From contig JAXCHI010000003.1 in the NCBI GenBank assembly GCA_033977065.1, positions 160,001-224,000 on the forward strand: 64,000 bases of DNA, read 5' to 3'. The DNA is from Candidatus Algichlamydia australiensis (lineage in GTDB: Bacteria; Chlamydiota; Chlamydiia; Chlamydiales; JAJFMI01). The notes below the pieces were generated by a model that was not told the DNA's origin, did no database searches, and was given only the letters and a program-made list of their open reading frames with translations. Shown one piece after another: positions 23,801 to 31,301 of the stretch; the stretch's first letter is position 1; the number at the start of each line of letters is the position of its first letter. The position numbers and the translations under genes are program-made.

Positions 23801-26272
23801 CTTGCAAAGGGAACGCTCACTACCTTGATCCCCTTTGCTTTAGGGAAAACTCTCCACGTAGACTTTAACCCTTCAGAAAAAGGAGATGGTGAGTACGCCA
23901 AGCCGTCAGAAGGCAATAAAAACACTCAAGAGCGATCCTCTATCCGCAGTCCCTACGAAACAGTCGTAAAAACTGCAATTCAGCTCCTACATGATCGCCT
24001 TGGAGAAGAACAAATTCAACGTCTTATTGCTCACTGGAGAGATCAAGCCCGCTCATTTCAAACCAAAACTGGATTCGATAAAAATAAATCTGAAGAGGTC
24101 AAACTTTTTAAAAAAATCTGTGAAGGTTTTGATCTTTATACATTTACCAATGAAGAGAAAGAAGAGATTTACAGAAAGATAAGGGATAGCGATCAAGCAA
24201 CTCTTTATTATTTAACCCACATTATTTCCCCTGATATCCGTTACTTTCCTAGAAATATTTCAAGTAACTCAGCTAATGCCGCTTCAATGTTCTCTTCATT
24301 CTTCGGTGACACTGGTACCCCTTATAATACAGGCTCTTTTCCGATTGATACAAAAACTATTTATGATCCAGGAACAGATGGTGAGAGCGTTCACGAAATG
24401 GAGCGTGTAACACAAAAAGCTGAGAGCATTCAAGTCCTTAAAAATGAAGATCCTCAAAAGATTGTAAAAGAGATTATTGATGCCATTTTTGATAAGGATC
24501 ACAACATACGCGCCTTCATTGACCGCGGTGCTTGTGCAAATGGCATAGCAAGTATTGATGTAGCGCAAAAGCTCATAGAGTATATCGAAGAAAAACGCCC
24601 CGATCTTGATGGCGTCGTATTCTCTCATGAAGGTAAATTAAAAATATGGAAGAAGGGCTCCAAGAAACTTGTACCTTTTTCAAAAAGCACTATTTTTAAC
24701 AACCGCTATCTCGCCTATTTCCCGCAACCCCAAACATTTGGTACTGATATCCCACTCCCACCAAATGCAGTTGGAGTGGTATCAATTTCTACAACCACTA
24801 CTTTCAGTGAGTTAGCTCAGGCATTCTGGCGAATGCGGGGTATTGTTAAGCAGAATCAACGTGTTGTCTTTGTGATGACAAAAGAAGTAAAAGAAGCAAT
24901 TGGATCCGATTCTCCTAAAATGCGAGATATAATCACTTTTACGAAAAAAAATGAATCTATAAGCAATTGTGAAGACAACTATTTTGCCGACATTCTAAAA
25001 ATGCGCGATGTGGTTCGTTGCGCTGCACTTAGCAAAATACAAGAAGCCAAAACAGAAAAAGAAGCCCTTGATCTGCTCGAAGAATTTCAAGATTTATTTA
25101 TTGATGAAATCACACAAGATCCCTCCAAACTCTTTGGTTTAATTGATGCCTATGTCTCACCAGAAGAAGTTTTTAAAAAGTTACGCGACAATCTCAATGG
25201 AAGGATTCAACGCTCTAGCTTTACACCTGTGGAAAGAGTGATTTTGAAGGAGAAGTTAGAGCAAATTGGGACAGGACTCTACCCCGAAAAAGTTCACAGT
25301 TATACTAAAAATGGAGATTTAATTGTTGAACGCCTAGATGATTTAGGAGTAGATGCACAAGTCACTGTAAGTCAAAACTGTGATGTGGAGTTTGAAGAAA
25401 AGCAAGAACAGGAAGAAGAACAAGAGCAAGAGACGAATATAAATGTAGACGCTGAAAAAGAAAACGATATACCTGATGGCAAACCAAGACCCCAAACCTA
25501 TATGCCTTGGAAAGAGTGGCTCAATCCTACAAAAATTGACGACTGGTTTGAACCTGTCGAGCCACCTGGGGAATTTACTGTCTCTTCCACATTAATGGAC
25601 TTTATGGATATAGCAGCAGGAAGAGACTGGCAGAGCCATCACAGTGGAAATGTTGCGATTTTCCATATGAAAGATGTCTTAGGGCATGCAACCGCTGAAG
25701 AGAGCGTTGCAGTTGCAGAGACCTTTACCTCGATGATCTACTCGACCAATAACATCTCTTACATGATCTCCCCTGACAGAAGTAGAATAGAACCTCTGGG
25801 CTCTTATCAAGTTCCGCCACAAGAGGCTCTTGTGATTAAAAAAAATGGGAAAACAAGACTCTTATTACTCGACCAAAACGAAGCCAAATTTTGGCGCAGA
25901 AAACTACAAGAAGATCGCGAAAACCGGCACGAAAGAGATAAAGAGGTAAAAATTTGCTTGTTGGACATCTCTACACAAATGGTAGGCGCTCAAGGAAAAA
26001 ATACGTTTACCAAAGAAGAGCTGCAAAAAGTCGATCTACAACGCGCAATTGTCCAAGCCAAATTTATGCGTGGGGATGTGCATTACAGTGATGAAGAGCT
26101 AAAACGCTTAGCTCTTTGGCTAAAAAAAGAGACGAAGCCAAAAATGGACTTTTTCCACTATGTGCACCGGTTGCACAAGCGGAACTCCTATGGAGGAAGT
26201 CCTCTACAAACTTTGGTTCTCGAAATCGAGCAAGAGAAAGACACAGCAAAGAAAGTTCCCCTGCCTGCCTAG
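14846..26272 (+). CDS. Giant 3808-aa protein with a DUF3638-like SF2 helicase/ATPase module, putative effector
   Basis: QLIMGSGKT, FEEAH, GDTGT, FIDRGA, QTFGTDI and LAQAFWRMR motifs and an EQEEEQEQE tail. Paralog of 3536-14755. Confidence 0.85.
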   Translation: MFNTIIRNSWDSLQAFGKQEFTQAKRTFSVSPALNTLRSIFNRAISFLPHFTKEAASHETETEKDPELAAFIKEIKEALYSNFSIPDLPRHSSTQTRINSIKEKSYLRQKHDAIKVDREVLSAFFGHTLQHQKSPFNAALTFLSEFTNKKKGQNPLNSNITSAIRNAKESELEFTEEIRNDSIKNEEQKRQRLLRKAQDLADLMPLLEQESPFFIFGKTSQEAAFQSTPLTEYLFKDMLPEEYQDLLKNDGKGLSEKIQAKILEAVIYPEEGETSSDSPIAQLNQYYQTIITRIQGPITAIFPKKLSQTIIEKTSESLRRRIFGKSSQESDRVLAEKVWAELQNNGLEQTLNHLLHDALVESQSLVMEHIQDIAESFVQKMGKPMMQGLSSFGINLQPDEKYWIEIQKGKNGKFNLILYSNDLGSSVHPMIKSGNKKGYHLPLVFSNIEIGNLSQKFFYQLLAFEASPAWGQGVSYTLADLHQHLLNHLGSPDSASSNTIITDSLRPTDRPADLLNIYLHYHSIKASRNDQIKMSRDEYTKRYQYEMPLSILQNYWQEVKKDQKVLKKFTVRTEIKRLLKKLTRSALSLNHLRKVSDEELTSLYGTVLEVQEAFDATAEKKDPYPTKPSLVVPEQMQGPIAELMNKRGFTLSHVEGIRSTLVGILGDEIGGVFDSVCDEVLPELAQDSGIQIKGLKNFSYASLRKIRENLDYTDWDILTPFFGLAKTLSLLLTYTSVKLQESLLEKMLLKFFPKLAVYTTFTNRHLAMLLIYFGPSFCKAYLPKDLYEGVFALYELCIEISTYIKRRIYFLLIRSFLKYALGKERVEQVHRVAEKLSQQVTREGELSFDFPDDAATKKEFTIIKPQPVEISSESTLEVAEAPESREQINTSKLPRLRANSFSQAFLDAFSNKAFLNCYEVDAFCLRYFVRKAEGIQSEEVDLEEITNTSQLPRFQTDFFPLVLELLHPGRLLSYPRNYSPIDTILVEHLDYTRTAIEELEKDQGLGRSKKRRKEEALWYLHEFARALPAGGFLWKNVNYPTLVLERFHTILSQFSRLVHEKENLTPEEIAENVATHYTLYAAILEVAKLDPQSGLGNQLPPTDHLGYFLHSPALKISNKKTYTQLMRVATYFGWDLDTPYKGYDFEKDPERKEYEGKDLTYKGASSWSWESFNISLLPELGRPVEGSAEESVAKKIALFSQTFPLFSREQILESDPPLEQSLHLLKKKLLKEERVDQVSDLSQKKKDQIETFKCLMEEHSDKMDPRKGILSRSFYVARFAHKLSFEITSWSLPSNESFHKNAHTLGMYSEIHYPSVTPQKTLWGRTIGSLFSGEKVTIGISNFKSSGSSAHKNSIGLRLHSNSSDESLAIARHSLAFPTTKSQSELVFHPTVTLDNENEKKEIKRDEAQDLTREETFLIEMINLDPSDQMIRAISYFGLALHRLAKPENRTLLRLYLLDFKAVNKQLRQRREIIQDLGEFFQKSCDYFLQFEDLDAFLEMSEIGRDLFMHCERFDPDVAKYFPDFKKLIRENRKDLCKSYPFLIKHYSNTEPDSGNDEAMLDIARIFYSNIWDQPIDLKSNVPYLWEPLIVEKLQSNQEFRNQVCKGILEDRGQASPSGNWVGAFPNFRNGQHQITLKGVEQPREVDPKTQILNRLKVELHEDLGKYQQQNPSRYVFPESGITVEFQSDQEPTLTRKIDGKTFRFLKNYKRDSFPFLLSTDSTLWIEEKTETPIIHEMRKGEAVSTFQAKEVEDGPNRRVLEIKSSSEYSQHLTDHDHNLTLLSGFQPLDSIEISIEERNQKKRMKRIRFSNLGLSFAIRNGQAFSDDGATPGFSISKRQKHPALRSLPNYLLLESSENKKKVHLTPLHIGELTGTYFLKNIGKIPTSPFVKKLLMGLVESPIKEERKYLTYNLDENGKLVGTDAYAITYLILFYLADGKSEKALEQFEKLEMMGRITPFPADLFTLIDTLTFLLTFSKEERLKTLLLKVAALRQENILLQPHSSPIEKSPFEPFRWLILQIFYMNYLKNHIEGLTDFDEIFLLKAISSQSKEITEDLLSKFKSDFFVINWLKEMGSNFLSEHLVMIPRVAKRYHALREKHGEGSLWSQRAESLFLHLFFGKKAPQSLQIDLEAGTRLPELKIRANRINQLFECVREFELNAALLHAKDSISYETLKSLFSTNDFTDIPILTPPLLTPNFIKKNFFYLYHLARNQPPKGWKKDRDKMENFEEQVKRFDDLLPMIVGRFNDPMTQALFIILQTAIHRYTVRTLPNAELLQNLFTLTQETKEIKSELLSVTEELESLESAGSQFSDEWSALSQKERELKDKLNERKYEEKDPETVLNELLEGMRLTTQNLFALKSIGKVTGLDQALSGKGALEILAEVAKKAAMKLFANDPSRLVQTASQLGVNLGLLASTNVSHILREAYNEEKEAIRKRLLFEKSTVIENKEHPSAQLTESMEERESHITAQLQKTFDEFFVAEERSTSPPVQAEPFEIYSDGEESTKEAFQELNKSLKDYYARPHLKKTSYRLKEGKRENELLHCLTQFQKAASAQVEKECDYITRYVNEQIQEEQIDIKVELARKKMKPQMRTLTFDEIIKFFIQGEDEKLLGNRGEEITDAKKEQLLHIKERLYLYLITTSRLQFFFSRLKSFSSDSPELQIQKIGEELKRKRVYGFKDQPERLILGKLAFELFTPTMLWEKPVSQIDKMLLSSHYRLVLQLIMGSGKTFYGIPITAFYAADGKNLITNIWPNATVDDHTKATAERSYADFGQKSAALNITRRTFWDKESLSALRYQLLRAQSQHEYLNLTKESAQALDLSLIEKGLEALKLRKANRPASKTTEEFGYLRRTLALLRKKGKANFEEAHIGFQRKKELKYPLGPSTKLQENYVSLISQIFMLLVDDPELLAITKIKAPKPIPIPESVYRRDVLPSLAQKVIDFFDCWKLSEEEKVIVLDYIEGRAKEIPEGILSNSHYKKEIDLAKGTLTTLIPFALGKTLHVDFNPSEKGDGEYAKPSEGNKNTQERSSIRSPYETVVKTAIQLLHDRLGEEQIQRLIAHWRDQARSFQTKTGFDKNKSEEVKLFKKICEGFDLYTFTNEEKEEIYRKIRDSDQATLYYLTHIISPDIRYFPRNISSNSANAASMFSSFFGDTGTPYNTGSFPIDTKTIYDPGTDGESVHEMERVTQKAESIQVLKNEDPQKIVKEIIDAIFDKDHNIRAFIDRGACANGIASIDVAQKLIEYIEEKRPDLDGVVFSHEGKLKIWKKGSKKLVPFSKSTIFNNRYLAYFPQPQTFGTDIPLPPNAVGVVSISTTTTFSELAQAFWRMRGIVKQNQRVVFVMTKEVKEAIGSDSPKMRDIITFTKKNESISNCEDNYFADILKMRDVVRCAALSKIQEAKTEKEALDLLEEFQDLFIDEITQDPSKLFGLIDAYVSPEEVFKKLRDNLNGRIQRSSFTPVERVILKEKLEQIGTGLYPEKVHSYTKNGDLIVERLDDLGVDAQVTVSQNCDVEFEEKQEQEEEQEQETNINVDAEKENDIPDGKPRPQTYMPWKEWLNPTKIDDWFEPVEPPGEFTVSSTLMDFMDIAAGRDWQSHHSGNVAIFHMKDVLGHATAEESVAVAETFTSMIYSTNNISYMISPDRSRIEPLGSYQVPPQEALVIKKNGKTRLLLLDQNEAKFWRRKLQEDRENRHERDKEVKICLLDISTQMVGAQGKNTFTKEELQKVDLQRAIVQAKFMRGDVHYSDEELKRLALWLKKETKPKMDFFHYVHRLHKRNSYGGSPLQTLVLEIEQEKDTAKKVPLPA

Positions 26273-26598
26273 GGAAACCCTGAACAAGTCATGCACCGAT
26301 TCCACGGCCGAGAAATCCTAGAAAAGATTATGAACCTATCCAACTAAAGCTGCTTTTGAAATTTTTTCTCAGTTTTGAGAAGGATTTTGGGATCTTTTTG
26401 AAAACAACTTAATTAAGTTGTTTGAAAAAATAGCTCAAAATCCAGCCAAAAATGTGGAAAAAGGCAAAAGCATGTTTAGTTGGATAGGTTCATCTTCAAC
26501 CTCCAATAACTGTACACAGTTACTTGCGGTCTCCAAATAACCTTTTTTAGAATTTTCAGCTCGTGCCATCGGCACAGCACTTATTCAGTCTCTCCCTA
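26270..26598 (+). mobile_element. Hairpin MITE-like element, family C, copy 1 (167 bp once the nested family B copy is removed)
   Basis: TAGGGAAACCCTGAACAAGT...ACTTATTCAGTCTCTCCCTA terminal inverted repeats. After excising the insert it aligns without gaps to the reverse complement of 44034-44200 (128/167 by manual count). Confidence 0.85.
26330..26493 (+). mobile_element. Hairpin MITE-like element, family B, copy 1 (164 bp), nested in the family C copy
   Basis: ATGAACCTATCCAACTAAA...TTTAGTTGGATAGGTTCAT perfect 19-bp terminal inverted repeat; central palindrome AAACAACTTAATTAAGTTGTTT. Confidence 0.93.
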
Positions 26599-26665
26599 AG
26601 AGAGTGTCTTCGAATGACCAAAGATGAGACTTGACTCAAGCTCCTAACACTCTCACAATAGGTTT

Positions 26666-29629
26666 GTGAGAAAGAACGTTCCCCAAAAAGCTACCTCCGT
26701 ATTGCACTTCTTCATTGTGTTGCTGGTTCTTATTGGGGTGCGTGTTGGGCATCTAACCCTCTTTAAGCACGATGAGTACGAAGAGCGCGCCCGCAAACCC
26801 CAACGGCGCGAAGTCATGCAAGCTGCACATCGGGGAAGCATCTGTGATCGCTTTGGCAAACCCCTTGCGATCAATCAACAAGAGTACCAAATAGCAATCC
26901 TCTATGATGCGATTCGCGCTATCCCGAGAGTTAAATGGGATCGCTCCGGCAAAAAACCGAAAAAGCAGTTTGCAAGACGCGATTACATAGAACAACTTTC
27001 GAAATTACTGGGTGATACTTTAAATCAGGATCCCCTCGATATCGAAGATCGCATCTACTCTTACGCCGCTCTCTTTCCCTCCCGCCCCTACCTCCTTCAG
27101 GGAAACCTCTCCGAATCTCTCTACTACCGGTTAAAAGCTTTAGAAAGAGAATACCCCGGAATTCATATGCAAAGAATTCCCAAACGCTACTACCCAGGGG
27201 GCCCTGTAGGTTGTGATGTCATTGGCTACATGGGCGCCATTAACCGCCCTCGTCTCTTTGCCATTACTCATGAGATCAAAGAGCTCAAAACTTTTCTGAA
27301 AGAGCGCGAAGAGGGACTTACTCCCCCCCTCCCCAAAAACTTTACTAGCGTAAAAGAAGTTTGCCAACGCATCAGTGAACTTGAAGAGCGCGCCTATTCA
27401 CAAAACAGTTTTATTGGACGTAGCGGAGCAGAGGGAAGATTTGAGGAGGCTCTACGTGGCCGCGTAGGACAGACAGACTTTGAAGTGGACCGCGAAGGCC
27501 GCTATATTCGCAAACTTCCTGGAGAAGTGGAAGCAGATGCAGGGGAAAGGATCTCTCTTTCCCTATCTGCTGACCTGCAAGAGTACGCAGAAAAACTTCT
27601 AGCTTACAGTGAGGCTGTGCGAGAGGAGCGCTTTGTAAGCGCTGGAAAGCAGCACGCAAAAGTGCCAGCGCCCTGGATCAAAGGAGGCGCCATCATTGCC
27701 ATGATCCCCACAACAGGAGAAGTAGTAGCGCTTGCCTCGTACCCTCGCTATGATCCCAATGACTTCATTCAAAAAAACACTCCTAACATTCACAAATGGT
27801 TAGAGAGTCCTACTTATACAGCACAAATATGGAATGGAGAGAGAGATTTGGAGCGCGAGTTTTATTCCATGAAAAAAAAGGAGTATTACACGCAAAGTCG
27901 CAAGATGACCTGGGAGTTCTTTTTAGAACGCGTATTCTCAACAAAGAGTCCTCTGAAGGAAAAAATTCTCTCCCTTACCACCATGCAAGAAGTCTTTGAA
28001 CTGCAAGAAAAAGAGGAGATCCCTCTCCTCTCTCTTCTTGTCAAAAAAGAGGAGATTTCAGAGGAGCTGCGCAGCGCTCTTTCTCTCCTATCCCCCTCCG
28101 AATACCGGGCGCTCTGCCAAATAAAAGTTTGCCTTGAAAAGCAAGCCAAAGAGGCGGCAAAAAAAGAGTTCCACATAAAGGAATTTCGCAACTGGCGAGA
28201 TGAGCACTTTGCAGCTTACCTCAAAGAGAAGCGCGCCATCGAAAAAGAGAATAAACAAGTCGAGCGCCCCTTCCTAGACTATTTGAAAAGTAAAGAGCGG
28301 AGTCTTTTTTCTGCTTTTTGGGAAGAAAACAAAATAAAACTTCTTCTTCAATATCTTAGCCATACAGAGGAGGCGAAGGCGCAGCAACTTCTGCAGCATT
28401 TGCAATCACTTCCTGAAGACCTTCAAAAAGAATCATTACAAGCCATGCGCTCTTTTGAAGAACTTCCATCAAATCTACAAAAGTTGGCTGGACACTTTGC
28501 CAAACAGCCTTTTGGCTATTTGAGCTCGTACGGCATCCACCAGGCGACTCCCCAAGGGTCTATTTTTAAACTTGTCACTGCCTATGAGGCAATGCGTCAG
28601 CAACTTCTTGCGCGTAAAGAGGTCAATCCTCTTACCCTTATCGATGACTATCGGCCCTACCAAAAAACGCAGCGCGGCCCAGTTCTTGGATTTACAACAA
28701 AAGGTGAAAAAATCACGCGACGCTACCGTGGAGGTACACTCCCTCGCTCACGTCTAAACATAGGGCGTATCGATATTGAGAGTGCTATCGAACGTTCAAG
28801 CAACCTCTACTTTTCTCTACTTGCTGGAGATATTCTTAAAGAGCCAACAGACTTGATCGCTGCAGCAAAAGAGTTTGGTTTTGGCAAACGCACCGGCATC
28901 GAGCTCCCAGGAGAGTACAGAGGCATTTTACCGCGCGATTTGCGTGATAACCGCACAGGTCTTTACTCCCTTGCCATTGGACAGCACACCCTCTCTGTTA
29001 CTCCCATTCAAACCGCGCAGATGCTCTCTACCATTGCCAACGGAGGCCAACTCCTTAAACCGCAAATCATTTATAGTCGTAAAGGAGAGAAAAAAGAGAA
29101 CCGACCCTTCACTGCACAAAACTATCTCTACCAAGAAGAGCTCCAAAATATTGGTATTACCTTTCCTCTCTTTACCCAAACAAGCTCAGAGAAAACGATC
29201 CCTTACCTTATCAAAAGCCAGCCTGAAATCAAACATGAGCTCTACATGCCAGAAGCCTTGCAAAAAACCCTTCTTAAAGGGATGGCAAACGTTGTTCAAG
29301 GAGAGAAGGGCTCGGCACGTCCCAGCCGTATTCGCACACTCTACGAGCACGCTCCTTTCCTTCGAAATTATCTCGCCCTAAAACACCAGCTCGCTGGAAA
29401 AACATCAACTGCAGAATTTATCTACAGACCGACTTTAGACCGTGAAGAGGCTTTGAAATGCAAAGACATCTGGTTTGGAGGAATTTCTTATAACCCTGAC
29501 TTTGATCATCCAGAACTTGTTGTTGTAGTCTATCTACGCTTTGGCGATTATGGGAAGGAGGCTGCTCCTTTAGCTTCTGAAATTATTCAGAAGTGGAGAG
29601 AGTTGCAAAAGAGCGCACCACTTCTTTAA
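26666..29629 (+). CDS. pbp2: Penicillin-binding protein 2 (large chlamydial type)
   Basis: N-terminal TM segment, RGSICDRFG dimerisation motif, and transpeptidase motifs GSIFK, SSN and GKTSTAE. Confidence 0.93.
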   Translation: MRKNVPQKATSVLHFFIVLLVLIGVRVGHLTLFKHDEYEERARKPQRREVMQAAHRGSICDRFGKPLAINQQEYQIAILYDAIRAIPRVKWDRSGKKPKKQFARRDYIEQLSKLLGDTLNQDPLDIEDRIYSYAALFPSRPYLLQGNLSESLYYRLKALEREYPGIHMQRIPKRYYPGGPVGCDVIGYMGAINRPRLFAITHEIKELKTFLKEREEGLTPPLPKNFTSVKEVCQRISELEERAYSQNSFIGRSGAEGRFEEALRGRVGQTDFEVDREGRYIRKLPGEVEADAGERISLSLSADLQEYAEKLLAYSEAVREERFVSAGKQHAKVPAPWIKGGAIIAMIPTTGEVVALASYPRYDPNDFIQKNTPNIHKWLESPTYTAQIWNGERDLEREFYSMKKKEYYTQSRKMTWEFFLERVFSTKSPLKEKILSLTTMQEVFELQEKEEIPLLSLLVKKEEISEELRSALSLLSPSEYRALCQIKVCLEKQAKEAAKKEFHIKEFRNWRDEHFAAYLKEKRAIEKENKQVERPFLDYLKSKERSLFSAFWEENKIKLLLQYLSHTEEAKAQQLLQHLQSLPEDLQKESLQAMRSFEELPSNLQKLAGHFAKQPFGYLSSYGIHQATPQGSIFKLVTAYEAMRQQLLARKEVNPLTLIDDYRPYQKTQRGPVLGFTTKGEKITRRYRGGTLPRSRLNIGRIDIESAIERSSNLYFSLLAGDILKEPTDLIAAAKEFGFGKRTGIELPGEYRGILPRDLRDNRTGLYSLAIGQHTLSVTPIQTAQMLSTIANGGQLLKPQIIYSRKGEKKENRPFTAQNYLYQEELQNIGITFPLFTQTSSEKTIPYLIKSQPEIKHELYMPEALQKTLLKGMANVVQGEKGSARPSRIRTLYEHAPFLRNYLALKHQLAGKTSTAEFIYRPTLDREEALKCKDIWFGGISYNPDFDHPELVVVVYLRFGDYGKEAAPLASEIIQKWRELQKSAPLL

Positions 29630-29990
29630 AATAGGTACGTTCATTTTTTGATCTACAAGATAAAGCACTTCCTCCATAACTGCAGACTATTCCGAAAATT
29701 TCAGATCTTTCAGAAGTGGAGAGAACTGAAAAAAGGCGTAGCACTTCTTTGAAATAAATATGTCTCATTTTCTTAAGCTGCCTAATGCATCGAGAATGAT
29801 ATTGATCAAAACCTTCAGGAAGTTCCTTAGGTGAAAGACGGGCTTTTACTTCTTGGCAACGTTCAATTCTTTGAGCTAACAAATCTATAGATTTAAGTAC
29901 TCTTTCCGTAACTGTAGAACGTTTTAAAAATTTTACATCTGAAGGGGTTAGTAACAAAGGTATTGTTCTGTTTGAAATCCCGCGTGGCAT
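29583..29990 (-). CDS. Hypothetical protein with an internal 41-aa-period repeat
   Basis: 135-aa ORF containing YFKEVLRLFSVLSTSE and YFKEVVRSFATLSTSE. Overlaps the pbp2 3' end by 47 bp. Confidence 0.5.
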   Translation of the reverse strand: MPRGISNRTIPLLLTPSDVKFLKRSTVTERVLKSIDLLAQRIERCQEVKARLSPKELPEGFDQYHSRCIRQLKKMRHIYFKEVLRLFSVLSTSERSEIFGIVCSYGGSALSCRSKNERTYFKEVVRSFATLSTSE

Positions 29991-30121
29991 AATGTATCAA
30001 TCGAGTTTTGTTTTTGATTAGAATGAATCTTAATACACTTCAAATTTAAAAGGGAAGCTATTTTATTCTTTTCTTATTAGCTCTCTATTTTTTAGTGATA
30101 AAAAACCTCTGTAAACGAGGG

Positions 30122-30285
30122 ATGAACCTATCCAAATAAAGCTGCTTTTGAAATTTTTTCTCAGTTTTGAGAAGGATTTTGGGATCTTTTTGAAAACAAC
30201 TTAATTAAGTTGTTTGAAAAAATAGCTCAAAATCCAGCCAAAAATGTGGAAAAAGGCAAAAGCATGTTTAGTTGGATAGGTTCAT
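30122..30285 (+). mobile_element. Hairpin MITE-like element, family B, copy 2
   Basis: Matches 26330-26493 except for one substitution in the left terminal repeat (CCAAATAAA vs CCAACTAAA). Confidence 0.93.
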
Positions 30286-30335
30286 GTTAGAGAACTTGAG
30301 TTGATTAGAAGTATAAGCACGCGCATGGTAAAATA

Positions 30336-31301
30336 ATGGCAGATATGGCCATAAAGAAAAAAAGAGTTTTTATTACCGGAATTGCTGGGTTTATTGGTAT
30401 GCATACCGCTCTAGCATTGCAGGCACGCGGCGATGAAGTCTTCGGCTGCGATAACTTTAACTCTTCTTACGATCCTGCTCTAAAATTTGCACGCAAAGAA
30501 AAACTTCAAGAGGCAGGAATTGCAGTTTTCCAAAAAGACATTCATGATTTAGAGAGCCTCAACAACTGCACCCACCTTGTTCACCTAGCTGCGCAGCCTG
30601 GCGTACGCTACTCTGTACAACACCCCGAACAAGTGATGAGTGCAAATATGAATGGTCTCATTCACATACTTGAGCTCTTAAAAAATTCCGGAGCAGAGCT
30701 GATCTTCGCCTCTTCTTCTTCTGTTTATGGACAGAATGAAAAAGTCCCCTTTGCAGAATCTGACGTAACAATCCACCCCTCCTCTCTCTACGCCGCCACC
30801 AAAATGGCGGGCGAGCTCATCTGCCATAGCTACCACCACCTCTATAAAATTCCCATGCGTTTGCTGCGCTTTTTCACCGTCTATGGTCCGTGGGGTAGAC
30901 CCGACATGGCCTACTATCTCTTTGCTGACGCGATTGCAACCAACCAACCAATTCAAGTATTTAATCATGGGAAAATGGAGCGCGACTTCACCTACATCGA
31001 CGATATTGTTCAAGGTATTCTAGCGTCTATTGACGCCAACTTTGCTTTTGAAGTCTTTAACCTGGGAAACTCACACACAGAAACTTTAAGCACTTTCATC
31101 TCATTGATCGAAGAGAAGATGGGAAAGAGAGCTGAAAAAAACATGTTACCCATGCAGAAGGGCGATGTGACACGCACCTTTGCCGACATTTCCAAAGCAG
31201 AAAAATTATTGGGATTTTCGCCAAAAGTCCCACTTGATGAAGGTCTTGATCACTTCGTGAACTGGTTCAATGCGCAGACAACCCTTTCGCGCTCCTCTTG
31301 A
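30336..31301 (+). CDS. NAD-dependent epimerase (UDP-glucuronate 4-epimerase-like)
   Basis: TGIAGFIG, HLAAQPGVRYS, YAATK and RFFTVYGPWGRPDMA motifs. The start may be the ATG at 30345. Confidence 0.92.
   Translation: MADMAIKKKRVFITGIAGFIGMHTALALQARGDEVFGCDNFNSSYDPALKFARKEKLQEAGIAVFQKDIHDLESLNNCTHLVHLAAQPGVRYSVQHPEQVMSANMNGLIHILELLKNSGAELIFASSSSVYGQNEKVPFAESDVTIHPSSLYAATKMAGELICHSYHHLYKIPMRLLRFFTVYGPWGRPDMAYYLFADAIATNQPIQVFNHGKMERDFTYIDDIVQGILASIDANFAFEVFNLGNSHTETLSTFISLIEEKMGKRAEKNMLPMQKGDVTRTFADISKAEKLLGFSPKVPLDEGLDHFVNWFNAQTTLSRSS

Noticed and set aside
26330..26493. Hairpins as integron attC sites or as coding sequence (family B begins with ATG)
   Set aside because: No RYYYAAC/GTTRRRY boxes, no cassette array or intI, and target duplications favour transposition. 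The frames checked in B all hit stops early.
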